From: Marsupella aquatica
Taxonomy: Eukaryota; Plantae; Marchantiophyta
Direction: 5' to 3'
DNA length: 64,000 bases
Assembly: GCA_973895155.1 (NCBI GenBank)
Contig: OZ316894.1
Span: 24,054,709-24,118,708, forward strand
Position 1 is the first letter of the stretch. Each line of letters opens with the position of its first letter. Below the pieces are notes generated by a model. That model was given only the letters and a program-made list of their open reading frames with translations. It was not told the origin of the DNA and ran no database searches. Made by a program: the position numbers and the translations under genes. Below, piece after piece: positions 36,860 to 48,700 of the stretch.

Positions 36860-38805
36860 ATTTTATACTCGACTGCTGTCATGTTGTGAAGAGCAATCCT
36901 GCTTATGATCCAGAATTCTATGCCGACAATAGACGTAGAGCATTCGATGAGATTCAGGATGTGATTGACGAGCTGGACAATCCTCTTGCCACCGAGTTTT
37001 TTATTGACACTGGTGGGAAACTATATTCATACAAGATTCGTCAACTCCCCCCCAGCCGGTCTGTGCGCTCTTTAACTTGATCTATGTAAGTTGCCTGTGG
37101 ACGAACGTCCTTGCCAATGGTGAGATCTGTCCATGCTGCACAAATGCTTGTTGTGACATTCCGTCCGCCAAGGTGAAGAAACTATTTTTGCAGATATCTG
37201 GTCAGCCAGATTGGGCAACATGCAGAGAAATGTTTCCCAACGAAACAGATGTCTCGGTCCTTGGCATATGGGCGGAGAAATTGAGTGACGCGGTAAGCAT
37301 TCCTCTCACAACATGCTCTATCGCGAGATTTTTATCAGCTTTAGCATTCCTTTGTTGGTTTCTAAGCGATTGCATCTATCAGCTAGCGTGCTCCATCGCA
37401 AGATTTTTATCGGCTTTAGCATTCCTTTGTTGGTTTCTAAGCGATTGCATCTATCAGCTAGCGTGCTCCATCGCAAGATTTTTATCGGCTTTAGCATTCC
37501 TTTGTTGGTTTCTAAGCGATTGCATCTATCAGCTAGCGTGCTCCATCGCGAGATTTTTATCAGCTTTAGCATTCCTTTGTTGGTTTCTAAGCGATTGCAT
37601 CTATCGGCTAGCGTGCTCCATCGCGAGATTTTTATCGGCTTTAGCATTCATCTCACGCTATTCTAACTGTAGATGTGTCTGACATTTTTACAGCTGAAGA
37701 TTAATTTAAAAAGGAAAAGCAAAGTGGTTCCGGCTGTCACTTATAATTCTGCGGGGGAGGTTATTTTTCCCTCAGCTGAAATCCCTTATGTGTTTAAGAA
37801 TTTTGTGCTTGCTGCAATCGATAAGTACAATCGGCTGAGGTCCTTAGGCGAGGGCACAGCAGAAGCGTTTGAACAAACATGGAAAAATGCAGACGGGGAT
37901 TCTTTTCCCTACTATCTCCATGTTGGTGATGTTCGAATTTTGGATTCTTTTGTTCAGCCAAGGGCTTACACCCTTGTGGTTGCGGATATTCCGTATGGTT
38001 TTAATGCTCCTGGTTCGGAGTTTGATGAAGTGGCCTTCACAGAAAAGGACATTTTAGACATGTTGACAAGTTTCTCAAAGATGACGACCGCTAAGTAGTG
38101 GAGGTTTGTTGTGATCCATTCACTACAACAAACGCATATGGTGATGTCTGCATTGGACAGTGTATGCAACTGTGGGTCGAGGCTGGAATCTGGGAGAAGA
38201 CTAACATTCATGAGCGTCCCGCTGGAGCTCGATTGGCGTGGGGTTTTGAGAACTGGTCGATAGGTTTCTATAGCGAGGAAGGCATTCGGAACATGGACAT
38301 GTACAATTTCCAACCGGATGAGTCTCACGTCAATATCATCAAGGTTCCATGTGTAACCAAGAAGTCCGTTGATCCGTTGGGATTTGTTGTGAACCCGTAT
38401 CAGAAGCCTGTTGGTTTGGGGGCTTGGTTTGTTTCCCATTTTTTTGAGAAAGAGGATTGGGTTATTGATCTTTGTTGTGGAACCAGATTGACATTAGCTG
38501 CTACGCTCCTCAATTCTTGCCAGGGTTGTGCTGTTGATAAGAGTTCTACGCAGATTGATTTTGTGAAATCCCGGATCATGATTCTGGAGTCAAACTGGAA
38601 TTTATATGAAGAATCCCAAATTGAAGGGCACGGCATTGAAGGTCATGAGATTCAACCACCAATTGCAGGCCAATTGGGTGTTCTCGGGACATCGACTTAC
38701 ATAGTTGAGGTCGTGAAGGAGACCGAAGAGGAACAAGAAGAAACTAAGGAAGAGCCTCCCAGAACACCAAATGAGGATGATCTCAACGACATGTTATTAG
38801 ATTAG
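36860..38805 (+). pseudogene. Beta-class N6A/N4C DNA methyltransferase-like gene (cargo of the Sola1-like element)
   Basis: GDV..LD, LVVADIPYG (motif IV, DPPY-like), IWEK.N...FE.W.IG, NPYQKPVGL, WVIDLCCGT..T.AA...G.AVD (motif I): beta-class order. Introns ~37086-37192 and ~37292-37693. One stop (38096-38098) and a frameshift. 5' end uncertain. Confidence 0.8.
37314..37650. repeat. 75-bp tandem repeat x ~4.5 inside the MTase intron
   Basis: Unit gctccatcgcaagatttttatcggctttagcattcctttgttggtttctaagcgattgcatctatcagctagcgt. Each unit carries a cg/caagatttttatcg variant of the element palindrome. Confidence 0.95.
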
Positions 38806-39139
38806 TTGCGTGTGCTCGTTAGGATAATGTCAATCACCAATGGAGTTGTCGATAAATTTATCGGATTCTGTATTCCATGAGGAAGAACCTTGGTCACCTT
38901 TATTAATGCAATAAATTTATTGGACTTTGCATATATCAGACTGTCGCGGTGTTCTAGCTGGGGAATGGAGTTGTCGATAATCTTATCGGACTTAGCATTG
39001 TATGCTCTAATTGGTTTGTCATTGCAATTATTTCAAAAAAAAAGATATCATTATAGCTGCGAAGTACATAGTCCCAGAACGATAACCACTATACATATTC
39101 ATGGGAACGATAACCATTATAACTTAAACCTGCAACTAG

Positions 39140-42100
39140 CTTCGACTATCAACGACTACAGTCTCCATTGCATTTTGAATGATTCGTCTTGTTTGTATAG
39201 GGAGAGTACTATTTGCCAATAACACAAAGTTATACGCATAAATGGCAGTTCTGCTAGGGACAATTCATCCTCCAGTACTTTTTTAGACGAAGCCTCTTTC
39301 TCCGGATAATATCTGCCTTCAATTGCAGACTCTTCCTCCAAATCCATTGCATACCAAGTGATTTTAATCCGCTCCGGGATGTCGTTAATTCTTGTGAGAA
39401 TCTCAGTCACTTTTGCCATCCAGAATGGTCTTCCCTTGGGATCCTGATGGGCTGCTACACATATCATTGCAAATTTAGTATTCACCTCTAGATCCTTGAG
39501 GTCTCCAATTTCCGTGACTTTTCTTCCACTTCCGGAATACATGACAGTCCTCACACCCGCTACTTTATCAACCAAGCTAGGTTCCATTGCTGCTTTTGTA
39601 GGATTACTCAGAAGTTCTCTCTGTACGTTTACCTTGGGCCAACTCCAATCAAAACTCCATTGTGCAGGTTTCAGGTGGTGCTGAATCGCTTCTTTTTGTT
39701 TGTCAAAAAAACGACCCCACCATAGATGATCTTTGTCGTCAAAGTAATTGAATCCATCTTCAATTGCTCTTCGATATTTTTGAAGAGTTGACAAATAACT
39801 TTGAGCCGCCCGCTCATCTTGTTCCTCAGCATCATTCTCTTGCTCTTCATTGTCTCCTGTCGCTCCCGTGGCCGACTTCAATGCCATTTGTGGTGCGACC
39901 CACATTCCAGATGATGGAATGTACCGAACAAAATCCCCCGTCTCCCCCCAATCGGTTGTCGTTGAAAGATGTTTGGCATGGAATACGGACCGAGCACTTC
40001 CATCTTCGAGTACTCTAGTAATCCAAAATTGTTTTTGAGCACTTATGTCGTGGAGAGTACGTAGAACCTGACCATCCATATCCTTGTCATTTGCTTGATC
40101 CTTGTCTGACACAAATTTCTTGAAATCGGCAACCTCGTCGACAAAAAATATCTTTGCCATAGGATTGTAGGATTCCTCTATGATTGCTGAAAGAGTGTCC
40201 AACCGGAAAGCTTTCCGCTTGTTCAATTTTGAAGAAAACTTGCTAAACATTTGATCAATTTGATCATGGGTGTGCCCCACCAATAGGAAACCAACCTTTA
40301 TTTTCTGGAAAACACCTATCTCCACCAACATATTCAAATATGCCATAAGATATTTATTCTTGTTTTCCCGAGCTTTGTTATCAGGCTAGAAGTAAAGCAC
40401 TGGAGGGAGCAGACCTTCCCAGGTATTCAAAATATGCTGGATAATGTGGATGGTCAGGTTGCTATCATTGTGAATATTTGGATAGTTCAAAAAAACATTT
40501 GAACTTAATTGTTTGTTGAAGATCAAACAACCCACTACGTGTACGGTGATGAAATACTTTTCATCCATATTCTTCAGACACCGAATGAAATGAGGTAACT
40601 CTATCTTCTTTTGATCCATTCCATCAATACAGATGCCCAAATATTTCTCCGGACTCTTGTAACATTTCATCCGGTGCTTTGCTAACTTCTCCCTCTCGAC
40701 TGCTTGTGCCTTCCGATGCTCGTTTAGCAATGTTGAGAATTTTCCTACAATAATAAAAATGTTTAGGACAAAACATGATAATAGCAATGTTGAACCCTGA
40801 CAGCGATAAATTTATCGGGTTCAGTATTCAAATACGAGACCGTAATGATAAACCCTGACAACGATAAATTTATCGGGTTCAGTATTCAAACACAAGACCG
40901 TAATGAAAAACTGTGACAGCGATAAATTTATCAAGTTCAGTATTCAAACTATTCAAACGATATATTCACTCACATGGCCAAAGAAGAAGCACATGAATAC
41001 TCAACCCGATAAAATTATCGGGAGTAACACACAGGTTTAGAAACTTACTCTTTTCTGCTTCGAGTGTTGCCTTATCACAGAGTGCTTTGAATTCAGTACA
41101 CGGGGTGCAGGTGGAGAAACGGCTCCTTTTGGGGATGCGCACGCGAGGAAACTCCTTGTTCCAAATGCGAACAAACCACGAATATGTCATGCCTTGTTCT
41201 TGGCGCATTAGAGTTTTGGACTGGAAGGCATCAAAAACTTCTGTTTTTGTCCAATTGTCAGGTAAATGAAAGATATCCTTGTTGGGGAGACTCTCGACAT
41301 TTGTGGAAAAAAAATCATCCAACCATTGGACGAGACCAAGATATGCGGGTGATTTTTCTCGACAAACTGTACCGATCTGTATCCGAGAAAACATGTTCTG
41401 CGAGATTTTTTGGAGACGATTATATCCTAGTGAAAATAATTTCTTAAAACCACTCCAACAAAAGGATCTACCGCTAACTGAGTAACCACTTGCACCAACA
41501 TGCCCACCCTTCACCCATCCTCTTAGAAGGACGTTCTTCTCTGGGTAGGATAGCCCATAGTAATAAGTGCGTTGTTTCGTCACGGCTAGCAGACCCAAAT
41601 TTCTCAGACAATAATTATCACAACACAAATACTTATGAATTTCTCTCATTTTATTTCTATTCAATTTGTCATTTATCACATTGTCTTTCCTCAGTAATTC
41701 GGTCCCTATCTTTTTTACTAGGCTCATTTGACTTCTCTACAGCCTGAAATCCGTTCATAACATTGGCATTTTTGGGTCCTTCAGGTGCCTCGCGAATAGA
41801 TGCATCACTCTCTACTGAGCTACCATCCTCTATAGATCTCCTTGACGCATTTAGAGGGGCACTGAATAGACGACTATAACTATTCTCTTGAATCGATAGC
41901 TCCTTCTAAACATTCAGACACAACTTGTGCTATTATATCGGATTCTCTATCTCCTTCCTCATCTTCGTCCTCCGATGCACTCGACTCATCTGAAAACACA
42001 ATTGGACTCCGTGGCTCTCTATGCATAACCTGAACGCCACTAAGACCTCTCCTCAATACTTGGAGCCTGGAACCAATGATAGTCCGCCCTTGAGAACTTG

Positions 42101-42731
42101 GAGATTCTGGATTTGCACGTGCAGTCCCAACGACTCCGCGAGCTGCTGGAAAATTGATCACTTGTTCACCACGATTCCCACGGACCATTCGAGAAAGGGC
42201 TGAGTCTGGACTTTGCAGTCCGATTCCCTCGCTTGCTCGCACATCCAATCCAGGCAATGCAAAGACCGATCGTCATATCCGTCTTTGTATTTTTGTGTCC
42301 CAATCCTCACCCGGAGACTGAAAGATCCATCGTTGAACTTGTGTTGAATGTGGTGACTTGAATGCCGACTACGATACGCGTATCGGTCGCCGGATACCCT
42401 CTCCATAACCCGGGATGGATGGCCTGAAGCGACGTCTCGGACCTAAACCTGGGATTGAAAGTTTCTCATTTCTTGGCGATGGAATGCTCAAGAGACGACG
42501 CTTCTCAGGTTTACTAGGCGACACATAGTAAGCACTGGGCTCAGGACCAGAACTTGCATCAGAATCTGAGTCAGAGATTTCGGGCACTATTTGCTGTGAG
42601 AGAGGTAGAGCTTTAAGTATGCGACTTGGCAAACAGCGAACGACAAGATTAGGAGATGATTCCACTGAACTGGAAGGTGAATCTGTGTCTGATTGAGACA
42701 TGGCTATCCGAGACACTATGGGGCTTTGCAT
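39140..42731 (-). pseudogene. Sola1-like (DUF7869-type) transposase, disrupted
   Basis: CC...C, C...FKKL, ESLPNKD..HLP, F.RIW..EFP.VRIPK.SRFSTC..C, IDGMDQKK..LPHF, LYF(Q>stop).DN..RENKN.Y.MAYL..LVE.GVF, GFLLVGHTHDQIDQMFS. Intron ~40746-41048. Low-complexity N-terminus with frameshifts. Confidence 0.8.
40790..40950. repeat. 58-bp tandem repeat x3 in the transposase intron, one CGATAAATTTATCG per unit
   Basis: aaccctgaca.cgataaatttatcgggttcagtattcaaa.ac.agaccgtaatga repeated. Confidence 0.92.
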
Positions 42732-42987
42732 TCCTCCCGCAATCAGGGAAAACGAAAGGCTCAACGGACATAATGTTGCTCCAAGAACACAACTCCCAAA
42801 ACTCTACTCTCGATAATGACGCCAAAGACTTATCGGCGGTGGCCCTTTTATAGTGTCTGTTGAGGGGTTGGCCCATGTGTTCACTTTTGATTGGCTGTCA
42901 CCCTAAACAACAAAATAGCATAAAATGGTATATTTCTTGGATTTCCAATTTCATTCTCACACGTGCATCGTGGCAAAATTATATAGT

Positions 42988-43135
42988 TTTGAAATTGAAG
43001 CGATAAATTTATCTGATGTTGGTATTGCAAAAGTGGTTCCTTCATATGGAAGTTGCAATTTGAAATTGAAGCGATAAATTTATCTGATGTTGGTATTGCG
43101 AAGAGTTTTCTTCATATGGATAGGAATTTTGAAAT
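42988..43135. repeat. ~70-bp tandem duplication with palindrome variant upstream of the Sola1-like transposase
   Basis: tttgaaattgaagcgataaatttatctgatgttggtattgc...cttcatatgga x2. Confidence 0.85.
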
Positions 43136-44439
43136 TTAACCGATGAACCGAAGGATCTTAGTATTGTCGACTTGTATTTTTGTCGCCCGTAGTTTTCGCG
43201 ATAATTTTATCGGACTGCGCATTGCTGTTGAAAGAATGGCATGTTGACTATGGTCACTTGCGGAGGTAACTGGTCAATTGCGGAGGTAACTACAAGGTAA
43301 GTTTGACGAACCGTGCAGTAATTCTTATCGACTGTGATGTAAAATATTTTTGGTAAATATCCAAAAACTAAGAAAACTAAGATTGGGTCAGAGCTTTCAT
43401 GGCTCAAATCCGGAGTCCGATACAGTTATCGCACTTGGCTCGAAACGTGGATATGGATTTATAGATAAGACCTTTCATATATCTTCGGAGAGCGTGAATA
43501 TGAGGTTGAGGAGAAAGTTTTTCGGATCTAATTGTTCCTTGATAATATGAATGTTTGTTAGCATGAATTTCATTGGTTTTGATCATTATTAAATTTGCTG
43601 TTTCAATCCGAACTCCGATATGAATTACATTATTTCCCCAAAAACGTGTTTTTGATGAAAAAAACTGTCGATTTCGTGAGATTCGGCGAAAAATGAAAAT
43701 ACACTTCTCGTTTAGAGGAAATAGTTCTCGTTTGGTCCGAAATCGTGTTTTATGTGATGTGAGGAAAACCTTGAGCATAGTGAAGCAAAGGAAGCGCAAA
43801 GACCATCTTGCTGCAAAGTACCAAGTTTTGTCAGCACTTGTAGGAAAGACATGTGTAGATAGAAGGCAACAGACCTCTCTAGCTCAAGCTTTGGGTATAC
43901 AACGGCAAAATCTTCATAGGGCATCTAAGATCAGGATGCAGATTTATGAAGATCGTGAAAAAGCTTATCCTATGGGGGAAAGAAAGGTACGTCGAGATAA
44001 GATTTTTGATGAAGTTCGAAAACAGGTGGAACACTTTTGGGAAACCCACACTCGGATTTCTCCATGTAAGAACAATGAAGCCAGATTGCGACTAGGGCGG
44101 AAAATGTATGAAACACATCAAGTGCACTGGCTGGAGGATACACAGGTGAGAAATTCTCCATGATTGATTTGCCACTTTTGATTTTAACTCATAATACGAT
44201 CTGCAGATGTTGAGAAGTAGTTTTCCTTCATGTGTGCTTTAGCCATTGTGCTTTGCTATAACCGCCTAGTTTTTTCTTTAAGGTAGGATCTCAATAATTT
44301 TGTGAGACCTGACGTCCTATATAGCCTAGCAGGAAGGACTCTGTTCCAGGAAAATTCCTTCAGGAAGCACTGTTGAATCCTTGTCAAGTGAAGTCTGGCA
44401 TGAGACGAGTTGAGTCCTTGGCAAAGTACTATCTAGTTA

Positions 44440-45490
44440 ATCACTAAGGACTATATAGTCCTTGACTCAGGAGTATGGATAGCAGTGAAGTCCTTAGTCA
44501 AAGGACTTTACTCCTTGGATAAAAACTATACTCCTTTGCCCAGGACTATATAGTCCTTATCAAAGGACTTTACTACTTTCTAAAGGACTATAGTCCTTTC
44601 TAAAGGACTATTAATAGTCCTTACTCAAGGACTTTACTGCTTTGTAAAGGACTATAGTCCTTACTCAAGGACTTTACTACTTTGTAAAGAACTATGGTCC
44701 TTTCTCAAGGACTTTACTCCTTTGTGAAGGACTATTAATAGTCCTTACTAAAGGACTTTACTACTTTGTAAAGGACTATAGTCCTTTCTCAAGGACTTTA
44801 CTCCTTTGTGAAGGACTATTAATAGTCCGTACTAAAGGACTTTACTACTTTGTAAAGGACTGTAGTCCTTCCCCAAGGACTTTACTCCTTTGTAAAGGAC
44901 TATAGTCCTTTCTCAAGGACTTTACTCCTTTTAACAGGACTACTAATAGTCCTTGGACTTTACTCCTTGGTACGGGCTTTCGTAAAGGACTATAGTTCTT
45001 ATTCTTTCAAGAACTGTAGTCCTTTCTCAAGGACTTTACTCCTTTTAAAAGGACTACTAATAGTCCTTGGACTTTACTCCTTGGTACGGGCTTTCGTAAA
45101 GGACTATAGTTCTTATTCTTTCAAGAACTGTAGTCCTTTGTAAAGGACTATAGTCCTTACTCAAGTGTTTACTCCTTTGTAAACGACTATAGTACTTACT
45201 TAAGGACTTGACTCCTTTGTAAACTAAGGACTATTTGAAGTACTTTACTCCTTTGTCGAGGACTGTCTTTAGTCCTCATCCGAGGACTATGTAGTCCTTC
45301 GATAAGGACTTTAATCCTTTGTAAAAGACTATAGTCCTGGGTTGTGTTACGTCTATAGACTAGTCCTTTGTCAACGAGTGAAGAGCTTTGACCAAATGAT
45401 TGTAGTAGTCCTCCCCGATGGACTTTAGTCCTTAAGCTTTGCTGGTAGTCTTCCAATGAGGATTCCAACCCTTGCTGAAGGACTTCAGTC
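44440..45490. repeat. ~1-kb intronic array of palindromic AAGGACTATAGTCCTT alternating with AAGGACTTTACT(C/A)CTT
   Basis: Dozens of aaggact/agtcctt half-sites, with higher-order duplications (e.g. ~44910-45025 vs ~45025-45140). Lies in the intron starting GTGAG at 44146. Confidence 0.95.
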
Positions 45491-45722
45491 TAAAAGTAAG
45501 TAGTACCCAGATATCTAGGGATTTTTTTATTTTTTTATTTTTTTATTTATTTTTAAATATAAATGAAACCCGCGAAAACCCACGGGAAAGGGGGCCCAAC
45601 AGGGCAACATAAACATGGGCAGCAGAGTGTAACCCAGGTGAGACCAAAATGAGCACACAAGTGCAAAGGCACAAAGAAGTGTTCCTAGCCAACTAAAGTA
45701 GAATGCAGAAACAAGTATAGCT

Positions 45723-48700
45723 TCAACTAAAAAGCCATGCAGCCGGACGAGTAACCCACCTAAGACGTTCCTGACAGACTAATTCTTTGACTCGCAGTAA
45801 TCTAGTATGTTTTCTACTGGGCCCCGAGGCTTCACATAGGCCATGCAAGGAGTCTAACAAATCTGAAAGGAGTAGATTCAGGTTAAACCTTCTACTATTG
45901 ACACGATTAAAGAGCTGCTCATTCCGTGCCAGCCAAAGAGTCCACAACACATGGTAAACCACAAAGACCCGAATGGTTCTCTCAATTTTGGTGCATCCAA
46001 TGTCTCCCAAGACAGAGAATAAATTCAAATGTCTCCAAGAAGTAGCACCCGGAAAAGTCCTCCCAGCCAGCTGCCAGCACCTCTTAGCGAAGGGACATGT
46101 GAAGAAAAGATGAGGAATTGTTTCAAGAACATTGGTGCATAGTAGGCAGTTTCCATCTCCTTTACCAATCTTTCTAGCTCGTGTTCCAGTGAATAACCCT
46201 TGAGCAGCTAATCTCCAGAGGAATAAGCGGCCTTTTAACGGTAAATCAGATGACCATAGAGCATTCCAGAATTTGTTCCATTCGAGGTCAGAAAAAGAGA
46301 TGTTCCAAATCCCATTGAGCCTGAGAGAATCCGAGCCTTTGGGTCGAATAAGCTGATACGTATGTGCATTGGGCAGAGTGAAACTCTTCAGCCGTTCACG
46401 TTTGTCAGACCAGAACCATTGGGCGGCACGAGCTTGGAGATCTCCAAAGCAATCCACAATATCTTTGATTTTGTCCACGAATGCTAAACAAAGCTCTTTC
46501 GTTGCAGCGTCAGCACCACGTATTCTTGCGATTTTAGTAGAAATGGTTCGAACAACTGAGTCATGAGAACCATTAAAATCCGACATCGTCCTTACTCCAA
46601 TCCTCCCGCACATCTTGATAATGGAACAAATCATGTCATCCTGTAGGTGCTGGAAACCATCCAGGCATCTCACAACATCTTCCACGCTCCACCAGCAGGC
46701 CACGCCAGAAACGCCCGGTGAGAAGATAAGGTGCAGCCGAAGAGACTCCCATGCCTTCCACAAACTACCCGTGTAAAAGAGACAGCCAAAAGAACGAGGT
46801 AGCAGAGCAATAGTCGATCAGAGAGAGAATATCTATTTCTCCTGATGCGCTTAGCATTCCTCCATTTTGCCAATCTCAAGTTTTCCCCAAAGAGCCTAGC
46901 CCATTCAGAGACTTGCGAGTCCAGCACACGGGTGAACCATTGACAGAGTAAAGCGTCAGAGTGACTGCGAAAGTCCTTAAACCCAAGGCCTCCGTCCACC
47001 TTAGGCCGTGCCATCGTCTTCCACGCTACCAGGGGAATTTTCCGTCCGCCATTCTCATTATATCCCCAAAGGAAGTCACGGCAGAGAGCCACTAAAGTCT
47101 TAGCCAAAGAATTTGAGCTTCTGAGGAACATCATATGATAGATAGGAATGGCTTGCAATACATGCTTAACAAGAATAGTGCGTCCTGTGAAAGAAAGAAA
47201 ACGGGTGGCCCAAGCAGAAAGTTGAGAACTAATCTTGTCAAGATAGAAGGTGTGGAGTTGCGAGGAAGAAAGGTCCCATCCCATCGGCGCACCAAGGTAT
47301 CTCTGAATTTCCCCTTTCCGGCTGATCTTGCATCCAGTGTTAACCAGCCATTCCGGAATCTCCTCCAACGCAAGTGGAATGACAGTAGACTTACGTAAGT
47401 TGAGCCGAGCACCAGATGCAAGTTCTTAACAAGCAATTGCTTCCGTGACCTTATTGAAATCTTCTTCAGATGCAGGAATGAACAATCCAAGATCATCTGC
47501 AAATAATCTGTAGCAGATCATGAAGGCCTCAGAGATTTGAATACCTCTCAGTCTTCCATGCAGAATCTCCTGATCCAAGTAATCCATAAGGGGTTGAGTG
47601 GCAATCGCAAATAAAAGAGGAGATAACGGGCAACCTTGACGGACACCACGGAGCAGCTGGATTTCCTTCGAGAACATGCCATTCAAATGAACCCTGGAGC
47701 CCGCGCCAGTGAGTAAGGATCTCACTAAACTAATGTAGTGACTACCGAGTCCAAGAAAATGCATAGCTTCCTAGATGTAGGAGTGGCAGACTCTGTCGAA
47801 GGCCTTCTCAAAGTCCAACATAAGAAAAAGAGCGCTTTTCTTGTTAACTCTTATCCAGTCGACAGTCAGCCAGGCAACCGAGATATTTTCTAAAATGTGC
47901 CTGCCCGGAATGAATCCGGTTTGCTGAGGACTAATAAGTTTGTGCAGAAGTGGTTTAAGGCGTAAGGCCAAGATCTTAGCCACAACCTTGTAGATAGTAT
48001 TGAGCATAGTAAGAGGGCGCCAGTCCTTCAAACATCTTTTATCGGGTTACTTTGGGATCAATTTGATCACACCTTCCTTCATGTTAGCCGAAAATTTTCC
48101 TGTTCTCCATAAATCCATAATCATCTCAAAAATGTCCTCTTTCATAAAGTGCCAACAGGATCTGTACACTTTGGCAGTGATACCATCAGGTCCCGGTGCT
48201 TTGTCAGCCGGAAGTAACCAAAGAGTAGAACGAATCTCCTCCATCGATGGGGGGGATTCCAGTTGCCTAATTTCAGCTGCCGTAAGCGACTTACCGGTGT
48301 TAGCAAAGAGTTTGCGTCTAGCTTCTCTGACTTCATGCGAAGTACTAAAAGCCAAATCCTCCGGCTCCTCGTAAAGAGCACAGTATTGTTTTTCTACTTC
48401 TTTCATAATACTATTCTCTTGAGTTAGTATCTCGCCATTATCAAGGAGTAGCATAGACATGTTTTCTCTAAGTCTTTTAGCTTTAACCGTAGCAAAGTAA
48501 AACTTAGTTGGTTCGTCTCCCTGACCCAGCCATTTGATCCGTGAAAGTCTCCTGCCCATTTGTGCTTCTTCATGTTCAGCTACTCTTACCTGATCGTCCA
48601 CAGTAGCAAAATCAGCAATGTCTGATTCAGATAGTGAACTAATAAGGGCTACCTTGAGTGTTCTCAGACGATTTCTCAAGAGAGAGATTTCCACCTCTCG

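Larger units (their letters stand above)
34763..43431. repeat. Dispersed 14-bp palindrome CGATAAATTTATCG, ~17 copies, confined to the Sola1-like element
   Basis: Exact or near-exact copies at 34763, 34856, 34932, 34988, 35081, 36323, 38850, 38909, 38975, 40804, 40862, 40920, 41007, 43001, 43072, 43199 and 43418. Confidence 0.92.
34323..43749 (-). mobile_element. 9.4-kb Sola1-like DNA transposon with cargo genes
   Basis: 25-bp TIR aacacgatttcggacc(ga-c/aa-a)cgagaa. 4-bp TSD TTAT at 34319-34322 and 43750-43753. Removal restores host VAAAL|CDVRKT. Confidence 0.92.

Noticed and set aside
37077-37682. ORFs with repeated peptide ACSIARFLSALAFLCWFLSDCIYQL
   Set aside because: They are translations of a 75-bp intronic tandem repeat bounded by GTAAG (37292) and TTTACAG (37693); open in several frames by chance.
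43693-43750. N-terminus MKIHFSFRGNSSRLVRNRV of ORF 43693-44163
   Set aside because: It is read through the Sola1-like right TIR. The true coding frame comes from 33923-34322.
44440-45490. CRISPR-like array of palindromic repeats
   Set aside because: No unique spacers of constant length, no cas genes, eukaryotic intronic context. It is a satellite.
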